In this document: piece after piece, positions 62,763 to 64,000 of the stretch
Numbering within the stretch: the first letter of the stretch is position 1
Layout of the letters: each line of letters begins with the position of its first letter
NCBI GenBank assembly: GCA_044353855.1
Contig: JBILBF010000001.1
Span: 824,430-888,429 of the forward strand
Direction: 5' to 3'
DNA from: Bacteroidia bacterium
GTDB lineage: Bacteria > Bacteroidota > Bacteroidia > UKL13-3
DNA: 64,000 nucleotides
Notes under the pieces: model-generated
Databases searched by the model: none
Told to the model about the DNA's origin: nothing
The model's input: the letters and a program-made list of their open reading frames with translations, nothing else
Position numbers and translations under genes: made by a program

Positions 62763-62892
62763 TTTTCTTTTAATATTTATAAAATAAAAGTTTGATTAAA
62801 ATTGTTCAACCTTTATGATAACAGATTTCATTGAACTTATAAATCCAAATTTTAAAAAAATAAGTTAACATCGCATTGTATTTATAACGCAC

Positions 62893-63408
62893 ATGAGAAA
62901 AATATCATTTTTTATAATAACAATTTTAACAATAGTTGCTTGTCAATCTCCAAAGGAAAAAGCATTGTCAAACATTAAATTATTGGAAGCAAACGATAGC
63001 GTTTTTAGTCCTGAGCAAATTGAAAATGTTAAAAAAGCGTATGTTGATTTTGCAACTAAATATCCCGATGATGAATTATCACCTGAATTTTTATTTAAAG
63101 CAGGCCAACGTTGTAATGTAACTTCCGAACATGACAAGGCAGTAGCGTTATTCCAAGACGTGATTGATCAGTATCCAACGCATAAAATTGCTGAAGAGGC
63201 TCTATTTTTACAAGGCTATGTCTATGAAAATAGTATGCAAGATTTTAGTAAAGCTAAAGAAATATATTTAAAATTTATTGCTCAATATCCTACAAGTGAA
63301 TTAGCTCAAGATGCAAAATTATCTATAAAGAATTTGGGAAAAACACCCGAGCAAATCTTTGAAGAATTAAATCAAAAGGATTCGGTGGTTGCAATTAAAC
63401 CACAGTAA
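62893..63408 (+). CDS. Tetratricopeptide-repeat lipoprotein (BamD/YfiO-like helical repeats)
   Basis: Lipobox IVAC; YP.....PEFLFKAG, AEEALFLQGYVYE and Y..FIAQYP. Confidence 0.78.
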   Translation: MRKISFFIITILTIVACQSPKEKALSNIKLLEANDSVFSPEQIENVKKAYVDFATKYPDDELSPEFLFKAGQRCNVTSEHDKAVALFQDVIDQYPTHKIAEEALFLQGYVYENSMQDFSKAKEIYLKFIAQYPTSELAQDAKLSIKNLGKTPEQIFEELNQKDSVVAIKPQ

Positions 63409-63418
63409 TACAATTACG

Positions 63419-64000
63419 TTAATTAGAAACACTCACCATATCATTGATAAATTCTTTATTTAAAAAATCAATGAGTTGAGATTTTGTTAACCCATCAATA
63501 ATTTTTCCTTCTTTAGCAATGGTAATTGCACCCCTTTCTTCTGATACAACCAACACAATTGCATCAGTTTGTTCGGTAATGCCAATAGCTGAAAGATGTC
63601 GAAGTCCATATTTATTAAGCAATTCAGGGTTTTCGCTAAGAGGTAAAACTGCGTTAGCTGCTTTTATTTTGCTGTTAACAATTATAACTGCTCCATCATG
63701 CAAAGGGCTATTTTTGCTAAATATACTAATGAGCAACCGTTTTGTGATATTGGCTTCAATGATTTCTCCACTTGAGCCAATAAATTTCATTTCCGAAGTT
63801 TTAGGAAAAACGATAATAGCTCCTTGATTGGTTTCTGCTAAAAATTCTGCTGCCTCTACAATATCTTCAAAATTGGTATGAAAACTTTTCTCGATTTTCC
63901 AGTTCCAAGGTAAAAAGCGAAATATGGATTTATTTTCAGCCAAAAAACTTACTTTGCCAAGTAAGAGCAAAAATTTTCGAATTTCTTGTTGAAAAATAAT
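63419..64000 (-). CDS. cdaA: Diadenylate cyclase CdaA (5' end outside the window)
   Basis: IIFQQEIRKFLL, GAII, SPLHDGAVII, A.AVLPLS and TDAIVLVVSEE; RHR motif reads RHL. Confidence 0.88.
   Translation of the reverse strand: MIFQQEIRKFLLLLGKVSFLAENKSIFRFLPWNWKIEKSFHTNFEDIVEAAEFLAETNQGAIIVFPKTSEMKFIGSSGEIIEANITKRLLISIFSKNSPLHDGAVIIVNSKIKAANAVLPLSENPELLNKYGLRHLSAIGITEQTDAIVLVVSEERGAITIAKEGKIIDGLTKSQLIDFLNKEFINDMVSVSN

Overview
AT-rich (about one-third GC by eye) chromosomal window from a Bacteroidota bacterium. The assignment rests on T9SS/gliding genes gldJ, porU, porV and two porP/sprF paralogues, T9SS cargo proteins with type A and type B C-terminal domains, and TAnnTTTG -7 promoter elements. 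Coding content is almost all core or housekeeping: S8 protease, TetR-TolC-MFP-RND efflux operon, udk, secDF, exbBD, murB, rlmD, rmuC, gpmI, nadC, ispF, murF, queD-folE, guaB, era-der, rpmH-rnpA-yidD, an S41 protease, pheT-zapA-rny and a partial cdaA. I found no integrase, transposase, prophage, CRISPR array or recognisable defence system. The unusual signal is non-coding: (1) an initiator tRNA-Met followed by a 99-bp tandem array of truncated tRNA copies, each with a GC-rich palindrome replacing part of the anticodon arm; (2) a candidate ~105-nt small RNA with its own promoter and terminator, whose unpaired segment is antisense to a Met-Lys start-codon context; (3) a ~140-nt rod-shaped, 6S-like RNA in front of pheT. 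Two enzymes also carry substitutions in catalytic motifs (a GIY-YIG domain and the diadenylate cyclase). All calls are by eye from motifs and gene context; no database searches were run.
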